Assembly: GCA_963702895.1 (NCBI GenBank)
Contig: OY969767.1
Coordinates: forward strand, 2,144,001-2,208,000
Source of the DNA: an uncultured Elusimicrobia bacterium
GTDB taxonomy: Bacteria > Elusimicrobiota > Elusimicrobia > 2-01-FULL-59-12
DNA: 64,000 nucleotides
Reading direction: 5' to 3'
Every line of letters begins with the position of its first letter. Position 1 is the stretch's first letter. Under the pieces are notes generated by a model. The model ran no database searches. It saw only the letters and a list, made by a program, of their open reading frames with translations, and was not told where the DNA came from. Of this stretch, positions 33,075 through 43,048 are shown one piece after another. Position numbers and translations under genes: made by a program.

Positions 33075-34288
33075 GTGGTTTGTACTTTAGCAAACTTCGA
33101 AAAGTAAATACAGACGACCAGAAGCCCCAACATACACGCCATGCCCAAGAGCGCCCAGGGGACGCCCCAGAGCCAGGCGAGCCACCCCCCTAAGAGGTTC
33201 CCGACAGGCATCAACCCCCCAAAGGCGAAAACAAAAAGACCCATCGCGCTTCCCCGCATATGCTCCAGGACTGTGCTTTGAATCAGGCCGTTGACCACCG
33301 AGGCAAAGCTCACCATGGAAAACCCGGCAAGGAACAGAAACACCATACATAGGAGCGTGTCCCTTGAAAACGAGAATCCCATGAGAGAGACGATGAAAAG
33401 CAGCACGCCTTTGATCGCGAAGCGCTCCTTGCCAGGGAACTCCCCGAGGTAGGCCACCAAAAAGCCGCCGGCCACAGCCCCGACTCCGAAAGAAGCCATC
33501 AGCGCCCCGAGACCCGAAGGATCAAGGTGTAACACCTGGCGCGCGAAAGCGGGAAGAAGGGTGACCATCGGCACGCCGAAGATACTCGTTAAGCCGAGGA
33601 TCACAAGCAGCCAGAACAAATGCTTTTGGGCCTTCATGTAGGAGAGGGCCTCCCGGAAGTGCAGAAGGAACCCTCGTTCAGGCATCTCAGGGCTTCGGCG
33701 GTTGATCGGGACATGAATGCTCGCCAAGGCTACCAGGACCGCTAGAAAGCTGAGCGCGTTCACGTAAAAACAGCCGGCTGTACCAAAATATTTCAGCCCC
33801 AGGGCCCCCACGACAGGGCCGATGGTGCGGGCAAGGTTGAATTGGGCGGAATTTAAGGCAATCGCGTTGGAGAGGTGTTCACGTTCGGCGACGTTCGCCA
33901 TGACGGCCTGGTAAACCGGCCAGGCGACCGACTGCGCGACCCCGCCCAGAAAGGCGAGCAAAATGATGTGCCACACTTTTATGAGGTGGAACTGCGTCAA
34001 GGCTCCCAACACCAGAGCCAGGACCAGCATCACCCACTGCGTGAGGACGAGCATTCGCTTGCGGTCCATGCGGTCCGCCACAACACCGCCAAAGAAAGAA
34101 AGAAAGGAAAGCGGGATGGTGTTGGCAAAAGCCTCGAGGCCCAGATAGAAAGGAGAATGGGTGAGGTCCAGGATCAGCCAGGAAAGCGCCAGCGCCTGCA
34201 TCCAACTGCCGATGTTCGAAAGGAAGGCGCCGGCGATGAAATACCGGAATTGCTTGTGGTGGAGCGCCGCGAAAAGTCGAGAACTCAT
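33071..34288 (-). CDS. MFS transporter
   Basis: LSNIGSWMQ, GGVVADRMDRKR, NAIALNSAQFNLAR.IGP; about 12 TMs. Confidence 0.92.
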   Translation of the reverse strand: MSSRLFAALHHKQFRYFIAGAFLSNIGSWMQALALSWLILDLTHSPFYLGLEAFANTIPLSFLSFFGGVVADRMDRKRMLVLTQWVMLVLALVLGALTQFHLIKVWHIILLAFLGGVAQSVAWPVYQAVMANVAEREHLSNAIALNSAQFNLARTIGPVVGALGLKYFGTAGCFYVNALSFLAVLVALASIHVPINRRSPEMPERGFLLHFREALSYMKAQKHLFWLLVILGLTSIFGVPMVTLLPAFARQVLHLDPSGLGALMASFGVGAVAGGFLVAYLGEFPGKERFAIKGVLLFIVSLMGFSFSRDTLLCMVFLFLAGFSMVSFASVVNGLIQSTVLEHMRGSAMGLFVFAFGGLMPVGNLLGGWLAWLWGVPWALLGMACMLGLLVVCIYFSKFAKVQTT

Positions 34289-34319
34289 CTCAAAACCGAG
34301 AAAGGAGTTCGATCCAGAT

Positions 34320-35012
34320 TTATTCGAACTTCTGAGCGGGATCGACCTTAATGCCGGGGCCCATGGTCGAGCAAAGCGTGACACTTTGCATGTAGTGGCC
34401 TTTGGCGGCCGCGGGCTTGGCGTGCAGGATGGCATGAAGGACGGCCTTGGCGTTGTCTGCGATTTTTTCAGGGGCAAAACTGGCTTTCCCCAGCGCCACG
34501 TGCGTGATGCCGGTCGCGTCGAGCTTAAACTCCACGCGGCCCGCCTTGAGTTCTTTCACCGTGCGGCTGATATCAAACGTCACGGTCCCGGCTTTGGGGT
34601 TGGGCATGAGGCCTTTGGGGCCAAGCACCTTCCCGAGCTTCGAGAGGTCCTTCATCGCGTCGGGCGTGGCAACCAAAACATCAAAATCGAGCCACCCTTT
34701 GGAAATTTTCTCGATCACGTCCGCGTCCCCGGCGAGGTCCGCCCCCGCCGCCTGGGCTTCTTTGAGTTTCTCGCCCTTGGCCACCACCACCACGCGCTTG
34801 GATTGGCCTGAACCATGCGGCAGCACCACTGTCCCGCGCACATTTTGGTCCGATTGCTTGGGGTCGACGCCCAGCTTCACATGGATTTCGATCGTTTCAT
34901 CAAATTTGGCCGTGGCCGTTTTCTTCACCACAGCGGCCGCCTCCGCGACGTCATAGAGCTTGGCGCGGTCGTAGAGTTTCTGTTTTTCGAGGGCAGCGAG
35001 TCTTTTACCCAT
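34320..35012 (-). CDS. rplA: 50S ribosomal protein L1
   Basis: [33 protein letters not shown]. Confidence 0.97.
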   Translation of the reverse strand: MGKRLAALEKQKLYDRAKLYDVAEAAAVVKKTATAKFDETIEIHVKLGVDPKQSDQNVRGTVVLPHGSGQSKRVVVVAKGEKLKEAQAAGADLAGDADVIEKISKGWLDFDVLVATPDAMKDLSKLGKVLGPKGLMPNPKAGTVTFDISRTVKELKAGRVEFKLDATGITHVALGKASFAPEKIADNAKAVLHAILHAKPAAAKGHYMQSVTLCSTMGPGIKVDPAQKFE

Positions 35013-35023
35013 AAAGGTATCCC

Positions 35024-35452
35024 TTACCCGATCTCAATGCCCATGCTGCGGGCGGTCCCTTTGACCATGCGAACGGCGGCCTCAAGGCTATTGGCGTTCA
35101 AGTCCGGCATTTTCTGTTTGGCCACTTCTTCGGCCTGTTTCAGAGTGATCTTGGCGACCTTGTTGCGGTTCGGTTCCCCAGACCCTTTGGCCAGCCCTGC
35201 GGCTTTCTTCAGGAGCGCCGACACCGGCGGCATTTTGGTGATAAACGTGAACGAACGGTCCTCAAAGATGGTGATGACCGCCGGAATGATCATCCCCGGC
35301 TCGCTCGACTTGGTCTTCTCATTGAACTGTTTGCAGAAATCCATGATGTTCACACCGTGCTGGCCGAGCGCGGGGCCCACCGGCGGCGCGGGATTGGCGG
35401 CGCCCGCGGGAATTTGAAGCTTAATGACGGTTTTAACTTTTTTAGGCGGCAT
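35024..35452 (-). CDS. rplK: 50S ribosomal protein L11
   Basis: [28 protein letters not shown]. Confidence 0.97.
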   Translation of the reverse strand: MPPKKVKTVIKLQIPAGAANPAPPVGPALGQHGVNIMDFCKQFNEKTKSSEPGMIIPAVITIFEDRSFTFITKMPPVSALLKKAAGLAKGSGEPNRNKVAKITLKQAEEVAKQKMPDLNANSLEAAVRMVKGTARSMGIEIG

Positions 35453-36003
35453 TACAGTTTCTCCACTTGCAAGAAATCAAGCTCAACAGGAGTGGGCCGG
35501 CCGAAAATCGACACCATGACCTTGAGTTTCCCGCGTTCCTCGTTGACCTCTTCGACAATCCCAATGAAGTGCCGGAACGGGCCATCGATAATTCGCACGT
35601 TTTCTTCTTTGCCGAAGGTCACGGCGGGTCGTGGCTTATGTTGCGGCTGGGCGGTGGCCAGGTCCAAAAGGTTTTGGATCTCCGCCTCGGGAAGCGGGAT
35701 GGGCTTATTTCCCCCCAGAAAACCCGTCACGCCCGGCGTATTTCGAATGGTCCAGTAGGTCTCGTTGTCGACCATCATGTCCACCATGACGTAGCCCGGG
35801 AAAAACTTGCGCTTCTTGACCTGTTTCTTGTTGCGCTTGATCTCCATCACTTCTTCGGTGGGGATCAAAACCTTATGGATCTTCCCTTGGAGACCGAGGT
35901 TCTCGATGGTCTTTTCCAAAGAGGCCTTCACCCGGTCCTCATGGCCGGAATAGGTATGGATGACGTACCAACCGCGATCACTCATCGTTTGTACCTGACT
36001 CAA
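35452..36003 (-). CDS. nusG: Transcription termination/antitermination factor NusG
   Basis: [29 protein letters not shown]. Confidence 0.97.
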   Translation of the reverse strand: MSQVQTMSDRGWYVIHTYSGHEDRVKASLEKTIENLGLQGKIHKVLIPTEEVMEIKRNKKQVKKRKFFPGYVMVDMMVDNETYWTIRNTPGVTGFLGGNKPIPLPEAEIQNLLDLATAQPQHKPRPAVTFGKEENVRIIDGPFRHFIGIVEEVNEERGKLKVMVSIFGRPTPVELDFLQVEKL

Positions 36004-36008
36004 TTTCT

Positions 36009-36203
36009 TTATCCAATTCGAAACAAAATACCGGCCAGAAAAAGCAACACCCGGTCAATCACCGAGACAAAAGCGGCCATGATCAGCGTCAGAATGATCA
36101 CGATCACCGTCGAGCCGATCATCTGCTGACGGGAGAGCCAAGTCGAGAGCTTGAGCTCTTGGAAGGCATCCTGAAAAAACCGAATTAACTTGTTCATAAT
36201 CAC
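36009..36203 (-). CDS. secE: Preprotein translocase subunit SecE
   Basis: ELKLSTWLSR motif plus one TM; conserved position before nusG. Confidence 0.88.
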   Translation of the reverse strand: MIMNKLIRFFQDAFQELKLSTWLSRQQMIGSTVIVIILTLIMAAFVSVIDRVLLFLAGILFRIG

Positions 36204-36342
36204 AACTCAGAGATCTCAACTCAGAGCTCAGAGACCCCTCTGCGCTCCTCTTTCTGCTCTCTGCTTTCTGCTTTCTGCCCGCGCTTCCACAATTCCTATA
36301 ACGCGCAGGCACCGCAGGTCGTTAGCGGTGCTCTGCCGTAAA

Positions 36343-36417
36343 TGGCGGGGGAAGAGGGACTTGAACCCCCAGTCCAGGTTTTGGAGACCCGTGGTTTACC
36401 AATTAACCGATTCCCCC
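36343..36417 (-). tRNA. tRNA-Trp (CCA)
   Basis: GGGGGAATCGGTTAATTGGTAAACCACGGGTCTCCAAAACC...GGTTCAAGTCCC...TTCCCCCGCCA. Confidence 0.93.
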
Positions 36418-36828
36418 AAAACGCCCCAGCTCAGAACTCAGGACTCAGAGCTCAGAGAGTGCCTTCAAAACAATATTTCTGAGCTCTGAGTTGAGTCGTA
36501 CCAAAAAAAACGCCCCCTCTTCAGGGAGCGAGGGACATGGTACCAAATCAAAAATCAGAAAGCAAAGAGCAAAAAGGGGCCCAAAAGCTCCGGTAATTTT
36601 CTGCAGCGCTGCGTTTTGACGTAGGCCACACATAGGTCCCAATTTTTCACCGCTCGGTCGCCGCGGCGACCAGGTTTCTCGCCTGCTTCGGGTACCCTTG
36701 GCTTCCCTCGGAGGCGGTTCAGACTACCGTCTGATCAATTGTCGGCCTTTTGCGGCAGTTTTCGCCGCTCCGACCCTCTGTTCGGTTCTTTCCCTCCGTC
36801 GATGCCTTCGGTGTCGCCGTCCCGTCAA

Positions 36829-38148
36829 TCAACCGGTAGACGCGATCACCACAGACAGCCCCAACACGCCATAGCGCGCCTCTTCAAAAACCCGCCGGAA
36901 CGGGTAGTTTTCCGGAATCTTTAACCACAGATAGCGCGACTTCCGGCACACTGTCCCGGCCAAGCGGATCAGCCGGTGCCGCAGCGTCTGGATCGTGAAG
37001 CTCTGCCAGGCTTTCGGCAGAACCAAATGCTTGAAGGCTGCCGTGACCACCGACGCCAACATCGCGATCTGGAAATAGGCGGCATTGGCCATAAAATCCC
37101 GGCACGGCAGCTTGGATAATCCAAACCCACCCTCGCTCTTCATCTCCCGGTTCACGTTCTCCGACCCATCCTGCCGGTTACGGTGAAATTGCAGAACCAA
37201 TCCCGGTTCCCATGTGAACCGCGTCGCCACCGCATGGTATTCAAAGTGCTCCTTATCGAAAAGCTCGCCTTGCGGCTCCTGCTGCCAGCGCACCACGACC
37301 AACCGAAATGCGGCGATATCCTTGTCCGCCTCCCCAAAAGCATGCACCGTCTCGGCAATCTCAGATCCCTTATGGGGATAGACCGGCGAGTTGTACTTCT
37401 TCCAGGCCTTCTCCGGAATCGACCGAATCGCTTCCAAAACGGCATCATCCTTGCGCGCCGTGATGGTGAAGTCCACCCCGGCCCGATCCAATTCCCGAAC
37501 CACCTTCGCCTGATACCCCGCGCTGTCTGAGCGCGCCCTCATCCGCAAACCGGAAAACTGCCGCAAGACCCGCCGCAACAAACTCGCCAGGTTCGCCATC
37601 GGGCTCGCATTGCCTGCCCGAAACGCCCCGGCCAGCGGCATCTTCAGCTCCGCGCAACTGACCATCACCGGACAATACCCTTCCAGTCCATCGTAATTCA
37701 TCAAGACGCCTTCCTTCTGTGACTCCAAAAAATAAGCGTCGATATCGATCGTCACAATAGACAGCTCGCAGGCCCGGATCACCTTCGCCGCCGTCTTGAG
37801 CTGGACCCATCCCAACCCATGAATCGTCTTGCGCCCAAAACGCCGAAGAAATTCGCCCAACGTGTTCGCTGCCGGAAAATCCCCCAGCAAGCGCCGTATC
37901 CCCTCGTCCCCTTGCAGCAGCCCGATGTCTTCGAGCGCTTCCCCGCCCGCCTGGATCGATCCCATCAACCCCAAAATACTCTCGGCAGGATCGTATCCCC
38001 GCGCCCGCTCCTTCACCGGCAGCGCATTGAGCCGCTCCTCCAACCCCAGGCTCCGTGCCGTCCCCAACAACAACGGCAGCCCTGCAAAACTCGTCACCGC
38101 TTGATCCGTCGTCGAGACCTTGTATACGTCCAAGTTCTTCAGTAACAT
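36829..38148 (-). mobile_element. IS1380-family transposase (element ends not resolved)
   Basis: TSFAGL, IDID, FRAGN, RSDSAGY, ANAAYFQIAMLA, TLRHRLIRLAG; hairpin upstream of start at 38150-38197. Confidence 0.88.
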
Positions 38149-38331
38149 AAAAGCACCTCGCAGTTCAGATTCCACTCTGGCTTGCGAGGTATTTTATTGC
38201 CTCTGCGCGTCGCTGTAAAATCACGCGCTGCACCCTTTTTCAAAGCCTCCTGTGTTGACCCCTCATTTTTCACCCAATAAGTGAAACCCTTCGTCTTCGA
38301 TCCCGCCACCAACACCTACACCAAGGCCGTC

Positions 38332-38570
38332 GATGGATCCCCCGCTGACGGCCGCGGGGGATGACGTCAGGGGTGGCTTATCGGATTATTTGGGAAGGGG
38401 CAAACAAGGAGAGCCGGAGACAGGATCCTTCACACTGCTGTCATCCCGGCATGTCGTTAGCCGGGATCCATCATGTCTTTCAAGCCGATGATAGACCCCG
38501 TCCGCCACACGGCAGGGCGGACGGCCCGCCGGGTGTCTGGAGGGCCGGCTTACGACCGCCGGGGTGACGG
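38332..38570. repeat. Cluster of REP-like palindromes with nested double hairpin
   Basis: tggatccccc...gggggatgac; gtcatcccggc...gccgggatcca; nested cg-tccgcc...ggcgga-cg at 38499-38547. Confidence 0.8.
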
Positions 38571-38618
38571 CCTAACTGAATTTTTCCTGCGAATCCAGTT
38601 GTTTCTCCGCGTCAGTTC

Positions 38619-38780
38619 TTAAGAAGACGACTTCGTCTCTTTATGGACGGTATGCTTCCCGCAAGCGCGGCAGAATTTCTTGACTTCCACCTTATACTCT
38701 TTACGCTTGCCGCGCGAAAAGTGGTAGTTCTTGTTCTTACAGTCTGCGCAAGCCACGATAATCGATATTCTCTCAGCCAT
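38619..38780 (-). CDS. rpmG: 50S ribosomal protein L33 (Zn-binding C+ form)
   Basis: Manual translation MAERISIIVACADCKNKNYHFSRGKRKEYKVEVKKFCRACGKHTVHKETKSSS. Confidence 0.92.
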   Translation of the reverse strand: MAERISIIVACADCKNKNYHFSRGKRKEYKVEVKKFCRACGKHTVHKETKSSS

Positions 38781-38886
38781 AAATTCAGTTCCTAGTTCCT
38801 AGTTCCTGGTTCCTGGTTTTAAATGCCCAGTTCCCTGTCTTTGCACCATTCGCATTGAACTAGGAACCAGAAACTAGAAACTTATC

Positions 38887-40083
38887 TTAAGCAATGACTT
38901 CTGTAACGACTCCGGCGCCGACGGTGTGGCCGCCTTCACGAATCGCAAAGCGCACGCCCTTCTCCATCGCGATCGGCGTGATCAGCTCCGCGTCAAACTC
39001 AATGTTGTCCCCCGGCATCACCATCTCCACCCCGGGCTTCAAGGTGACGTTACCCGTGATGTCCGAGGTCCGAAAGTAAAACTGCGGCCGGTACCCTTTG
39101 AAAAAGGGCGTGTGACGCCCCCCTTCTTCCTTCGTCAGGATGTAGACGCTCGCCTTGAACTTCTTGTGCGGCGTGATCGACCCAGGCGCCGCCAGCACCT
39201 GCCCGCGCTCAATCTGGTCCTTCTCAATGCCCCGCAAGAGAATCCCCACGTTGTCCCCCGCGATGCACTCGTCCATCACCTTCCGAAACATCTCAATACC
39301 CGTGATCACGCTCTTCTTCGTGTCCTGAATCCCAATAATCTCCACGTTCTCGCCCACTTTGGCCTTGCCGCGCTCCACGCGCCCCGTCGCCACCGTCCCG
39401 CGGCCCGTGATCGAAAACACGTCCTCGACCGCCATCAAAAACGGCTTGTCCACCTCGCGCTTGGGCTCCGGGATGTTCGTGTCCAGGGCGTCAATGAGCT
39501 TCTTGATCGAGGCTTCCCCATACTCCCCTGCGTCGCCCGTCATGGCCTTGGTCGCGCTCCCCCGAATGACCGGTATCTTGTCCCCCGGAAACTCATACTT
39601 CGTGAGGAGCTCTCTGACTTCCATCTCCACCAAATCCAAGAGCTCCTTGTCTTCCACCAAATCACACTTGTTCATGTACACCACCAACGCCGGCACGTTC
39701 ACCTGCCGCGCCAAGAGCACATGCTCCCGCGTCTGCGGCATCGGCCCATCGGCCGCGCTCACCACCAGGACCGCCCCGTCCATCTGCGCGGCGCCTGTGA
39801 TCATGTTCTTGATGTAGTCGGCGTGGCCCGGGCAGTCGATGTGCGCGTAGTGGCGCTTCGCCGACTGGTACTCCACGTGGGAGACCGCCACCGTCAAAAT
39901 CTTCGAATCGTCCCGCACCACCCCGCCCTTGGCGATATCAGCATACGACTTGATCTCCGCCAGACCCTGCTTCGACAACACCTTCAAAATCGCCGTGGTG
40001 AGCGTCGTCTTCCCGTGGTCCACGTGCCCAATCGTCCCGACGTTCACGTGCGGCTTCGTGCGCTCAAATTTAGGTTTGGACAT
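38887..40083 (-). CDS. tuf: Elongation factor Tu
   Basis: [29 protein letters not shown]. Confidence 0.98.
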   Translation of the reverse strand: MSKPKFERTKPHVNVGTIGHVDHGKTTLTTAILKVLSKQGLAEIKSYADIAKGGVVRDDSKILTVAVSHVEYQSAKRHYAHIDCPGHADYIKNMITGAAQMDGAVLVVSAADGPMPQTREHVLLARQVNVPALVVYMNKCDLVEDKELLDLVEMEVRELLTKYEFPGDKIPVIRGSATKAMTGDAGEYGEASIKKLIDALDTNIPEPKREVDKPFLMAVEDVFSITGRGTVATGRVERGKAKVGENVEIIGIQDTKKSVITGIEMFRKVMDECIAGDNVGILLRGIEKDQIERGQVLAAPGSITPHKKFKASVYILTKEEGGRHTPFFKGYRPQFYFRTSDITGNVTLKPGVEMVMPGDNIEFDAELITPIAMEKGVRFAIREGGHTVGAGVVTEVIA

Positions 40084-40182
40084 ACTTACTCTCCTTGTTC
40101 GATGTCAGTGGTTGCCTGCCCAGCGTCAGGCAGGCGTTTATCCTACACAATTTACAGCCCAATTTTTACTTCAACAAAAATC

Positions 40183-40290
40183 AGCTGGGGATCGGGATCG
40201 TCCGCCACACATCCGGCGGACGAGCGCCTGATGTCTGGCGCTCGAACCGACGACCTGTCGCCAGACACCTGGCGACTGCTCTACCAACTG
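40183..40290 (-). pseudogene. Disrupted partial duplicate of tRNA-Thr
   Basis: Matches the adjacent tRNA-Thr, but with a double hairpin in the T-loop, a hairpin replacing the anticodon arm, and no 5' acceptor strand. Confidence 0.75.
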
Positions 40291-40332
40291 TCCCGTCCTC
40301 TATACTCGTCCGCCAGACGTCTGGCGAAAATA

Positions 40333-40408
40333 TGGAGCTGGGGATCGGGATTGAACCGACGACCTCCTCCTTACCAAGGAGGTGCTCTACCAACTGAGCT
40401 ACCCCAGC
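40333..40408 (-). tRNA. tRNA-Thr (GGT)
   Basis: GCTGGGGTAGCTCAGTTGGTAGAGCACCTCCTTGGTAAGGAGGAGGTCGTCGGTTCAATCCCGATCCCCAGCTCCA. Confidence 0.95.
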
Positions 40409-40654
40409 AAAAACGGCAAAGCAGAAATCAGCCCCACCCGCTTGTTAAGCTCGCGAATGCGAGCGAGAATGATGGGGCAGTCCCGACGATTATGCACTCG
40501 CTTTGCGAGTGTTATGCAGAGGACGGGACAGAGAGCAGAAAGCAGAAATTTGGCATTGAGTCTCGTTTATAAAACAGCCGAGTCTTCGAGGCCGGCCCCA
40601 TCTCTGTACTCTGCATTCTGCTCTCTGCTCTCTGCTCTCTGCTCTGCCTCAAAG

Positions 40655-40865
40655 TGGAGCGGGTGATGGGAATCGTCCGCCACACACCTGGCGGACGAGC
40701 GCCCGTTGTGTGGCGCTCGAACCCGCTATGCGCTTAAGCGGGTGACCGGAATCGAACCGGCGTGTGCAGCTTGGAAGGCTGCCGTTCTACCATTGAACTA
40801 CACCCGCACCCGCTTAAGCGCATGCAGCTTGGAAGGCTGCCATTCTACCATTGAATTACTCCCGC
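40655..40865 (-). pseudogene. Split outer tRNA-Gly (TCC) carrying a T-loop insertion and a nested tRNA
   Basis: 5' half at 40865-40824; 3' half ending in CCA at 40727-40655 with insert at 40674-40719. Confidence 0.7.
40737..40807 (-). tRNA. tRNA-Gly (TCC), intact, no encoded CCA
   Basis: GCGGGTGTAGTTCAATGGTAGAACGGCAGCCTTCCAAGCTGCACACGCCGGTTCGATTCCGGTCACCCGCT. Confidence 0.88.
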
Positions 40866-41275
40866 TCAAGCGCGCCGAAGCAGCTTGCTCACCACCGAGA
40901 CTCTGGCGGGGCCACCATCGCCCCCGCTAAAAAACAGGAGAGCGAAGGTCGGTCCAGTGACGCACCATACGCACCCCTGAGGGGCTTGCGTATGGCCATC
41001 ATCCAGAGGAACAGGAACTGATGGTCGGACCGATGGTACCATTGAACTACACCCGCAAAATCGAATGAAACCTACCACGACGGCATGGCTTTGAAAACGA
41101 ATAGAAGAAGTTCCCTGCCGGCGGGTGAAACTATATCAAATCAGAAGGACGGCGCTCACGAGTCGAATGGGAGTATCGGGGTATCGGGGTCACGGCCAAC
41201 GGCGTGAATGGTCAATGGTCAATAGTGAATGGTTGAGAAAACTATTGACCATTCACTATTTACGACGTCTGCCGT

Positions 41276-43048
41276 TCACTTGATAACCACCACCTGCCCC
41301 GTCTTTTTGGCTCCACCTTCGGCCTTCAGTTGATACACGTAGACCCCGGAGGCCACCCGGTCGCCGCTCTCATTGGTCAGGTCCCAGGTGACGGAGTCGC
41401 TTGATCTGGGCAGCGTCTTTACGTGATGCCCCGAGACCGTGAAGATCTTGAGCTCGGTATCGACCGTGAACTGGTCAAAAGTGATCGACCTGGCGGCGTG
41501 CCGGTCGCTCCGCCAGGGGTTGGGATAGACCCGGACCTGATCGAGAGCGGAAGCATGGCTCTGGTCGACAGAGTAGCTGTTGGCAACGAGGGGATGAGGG
41601 TAAGTATAGGGGGTGTAATAGACGGTCCACACGCCTCCAATATACTTGTAGAGCCGACCGGCCTGAATGATGGCTGGATCGACCGTTGGTGTGGCGGGCG
41701 AGGCAACCCAATAGGCATCCCCACCCACCTGCTGTCCATTGGCATCCGCTCGCGGTAGATTGGTGCAGCTGAAGTCCGGAACTCCTGTGCCTCGTCCAAC
41801 CCCATGTTGCGTCGTGCCATTGAAGTTGTCGTTCAGATTGTAGAACTGTGTATTTTCCGTCAGGGGATTGGGTTCGCAGGCCGTGCTGCCAGACCGAATC
41901 TCCGCCTTCTTCTCCGTCCTGTTCCCGGTGTTATTCCAGAAGTACACGTTGTCCGCTTGGCCGGGATGCCCCGTCTGGCTGTCACATCCCTGCAGATTCA
42001 CGATTTCAATGCCCGGTGCGGATGTGCCTGTCCAGATATTGTTGAAGAAAAGTCCCCAGCCGCCACGCATATTCGCCCACCGATACCCTCGCCCGCCGGA
42101 TATCGTGTTCCCGTAGTACTCAACGATCATCGTGCCGGTCTGTCCTGGCGTTGGCGGATAGCTTTCCCAGTTCTGCATCCCGTGAATGTCCCACTCTGGA
42201 CACGTCCCGCTTCCTGCGGCATTCGTCATGTCCCACGAGTTGTATCGCATGACCACCCGAGCGGATTGTCCGATTTCCGTCCAGCCTGCATCAGGAATCG
42301 AGTACGTGGACGAATAGTGAATCGTGTTGTCCTCGAAGAACAGTTGATCCGCCGTGCCGTAAGCGCGCTCCGGGCCGAACTCGTCCCACTCGCTCCACAT
42401 CGTGTCATGGCCCATCACGGACAGGATGAAGCGGCAGCGGTCGAAGTCATTTTTGGCGATGACGCCGCGGACCTGGCCCTTAACCTTGATCGCAAACGTG
42501 CCGCTCCCCGGAACCGAACCATCGTTCTGAATGCGATTGTTCAGGATGATCAAGTGTTTGAGGATGGGTGCGGTGGTGGGTCCGTAGACGTAGATCGCCG
42601 CGGAGTTGGTCATCGTCGCCATGTTCAGGTCAAACGTGAACCCGCTGACCTTGAACAACTCATGGTTGGCGAGTGCCGTTGGGCTGGGGTGAATGTCAAT
42701 GATCGCGTCACCGCGCGTAATCGTGAGCTTGTCCCGCCCCGGCCCCTGGAGGTGAATTCCCCGAGTCAGTCTCAATGTGTTGATCCATGTAGCCGCTCCA
42801 CGTCCCTTGGGGACTATGACCGTATCTCCCGGACTGGCGGTCGCTACGGCTGCTGCGACATCTTCATAAGAGGGGCTGGTCGCGGTAATCGTGGCCGCCT
42901 GCGCTGCAGGGACAGCCAGGAGCAAGAGAAGGCTGTATCGGAGTAACGGAGTAACGGTGTATCGGGGTAACACCTCTAAGAGCGTAATGTGTTTACGTTG
43001 CCGTGACTCCGATACTCCGATACCCCGATACGCCGATACGAAGTTCAC
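41276..43048 (-). CDS. Secreted beta-helix protein with YPNP/FlgD-Ig (T9SS type A-like) C-terminal domain; array gene 7
   Basis: GTG start overlapping upstream stop, AQA signal cleavage, YYTPYTYPHPL motif, shared CTD. Confidence 0.8.
   Translation of the reverse strand: MNFVSAYRGIGVSESRQRKHITLLEVLPRYTVTPLLRYSLLLLLAVPAAQAATITATSPSYEDVAAAVATASPGDTVIVPKGRGAATWINTLRLTRGIHLQGPGRDKLTITRGDAIIDIHPSPTALANHELFKVSGFTFDLNMATMTNSAAIYVYGPTTAPILKHLIILNNRIQNDGSVPGSGTFAIKVKGQVRGVIAKNDFDRCRFILSVMGHDTMWSEWDEFGPERAYGTADQLFFEDNTIHYSSTYSIPDAGWTEIGQSARVVMRYNSWDMTNAAGSGTCPEWDIHGMQNWESYPPTPGQTGTMIVEYYGNTISGGRGYRWANMRGGWGLFFNNIWTGTSAPGIEIVNLQGCDSQTGHPGQADNVYFWNNTGNRTEKKAEIRSGSTACEPNPLTENTQFYNLNDNFNGTTQHGVGRGTGVPDFSCTNLPRADANGQQVGGDAYWVASPATPTVDPAIIQAGRLYKYIGGVWTVYYTPYTYPHPLVANSYSVDQSHASALDQVRVYPNPWRSDRHAARSITFDQFTVDTELKIFTVSGHHVKTLPRSSDSVTWDLTNESGDRVASGVYVYQLKAEGGAKKTGQVVVIK

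Noticed and set aside
36590..38400. Terminal inverted repeats and target duplication of the IS1380 element
   Set aside because: Only weak matches of 8 bp or less were found by eye, so ends were not called
38926..40572. 548-aa + strand ORF
   Set aside because: Antisense shadow of tuf and tRNA-Thr, with no recognisable motifs
40180..41260. CRISPR array suggested by repeated palindromes
   Set aside because: No constant 25-40 bp repeat with regular unique spacers and no cas genes
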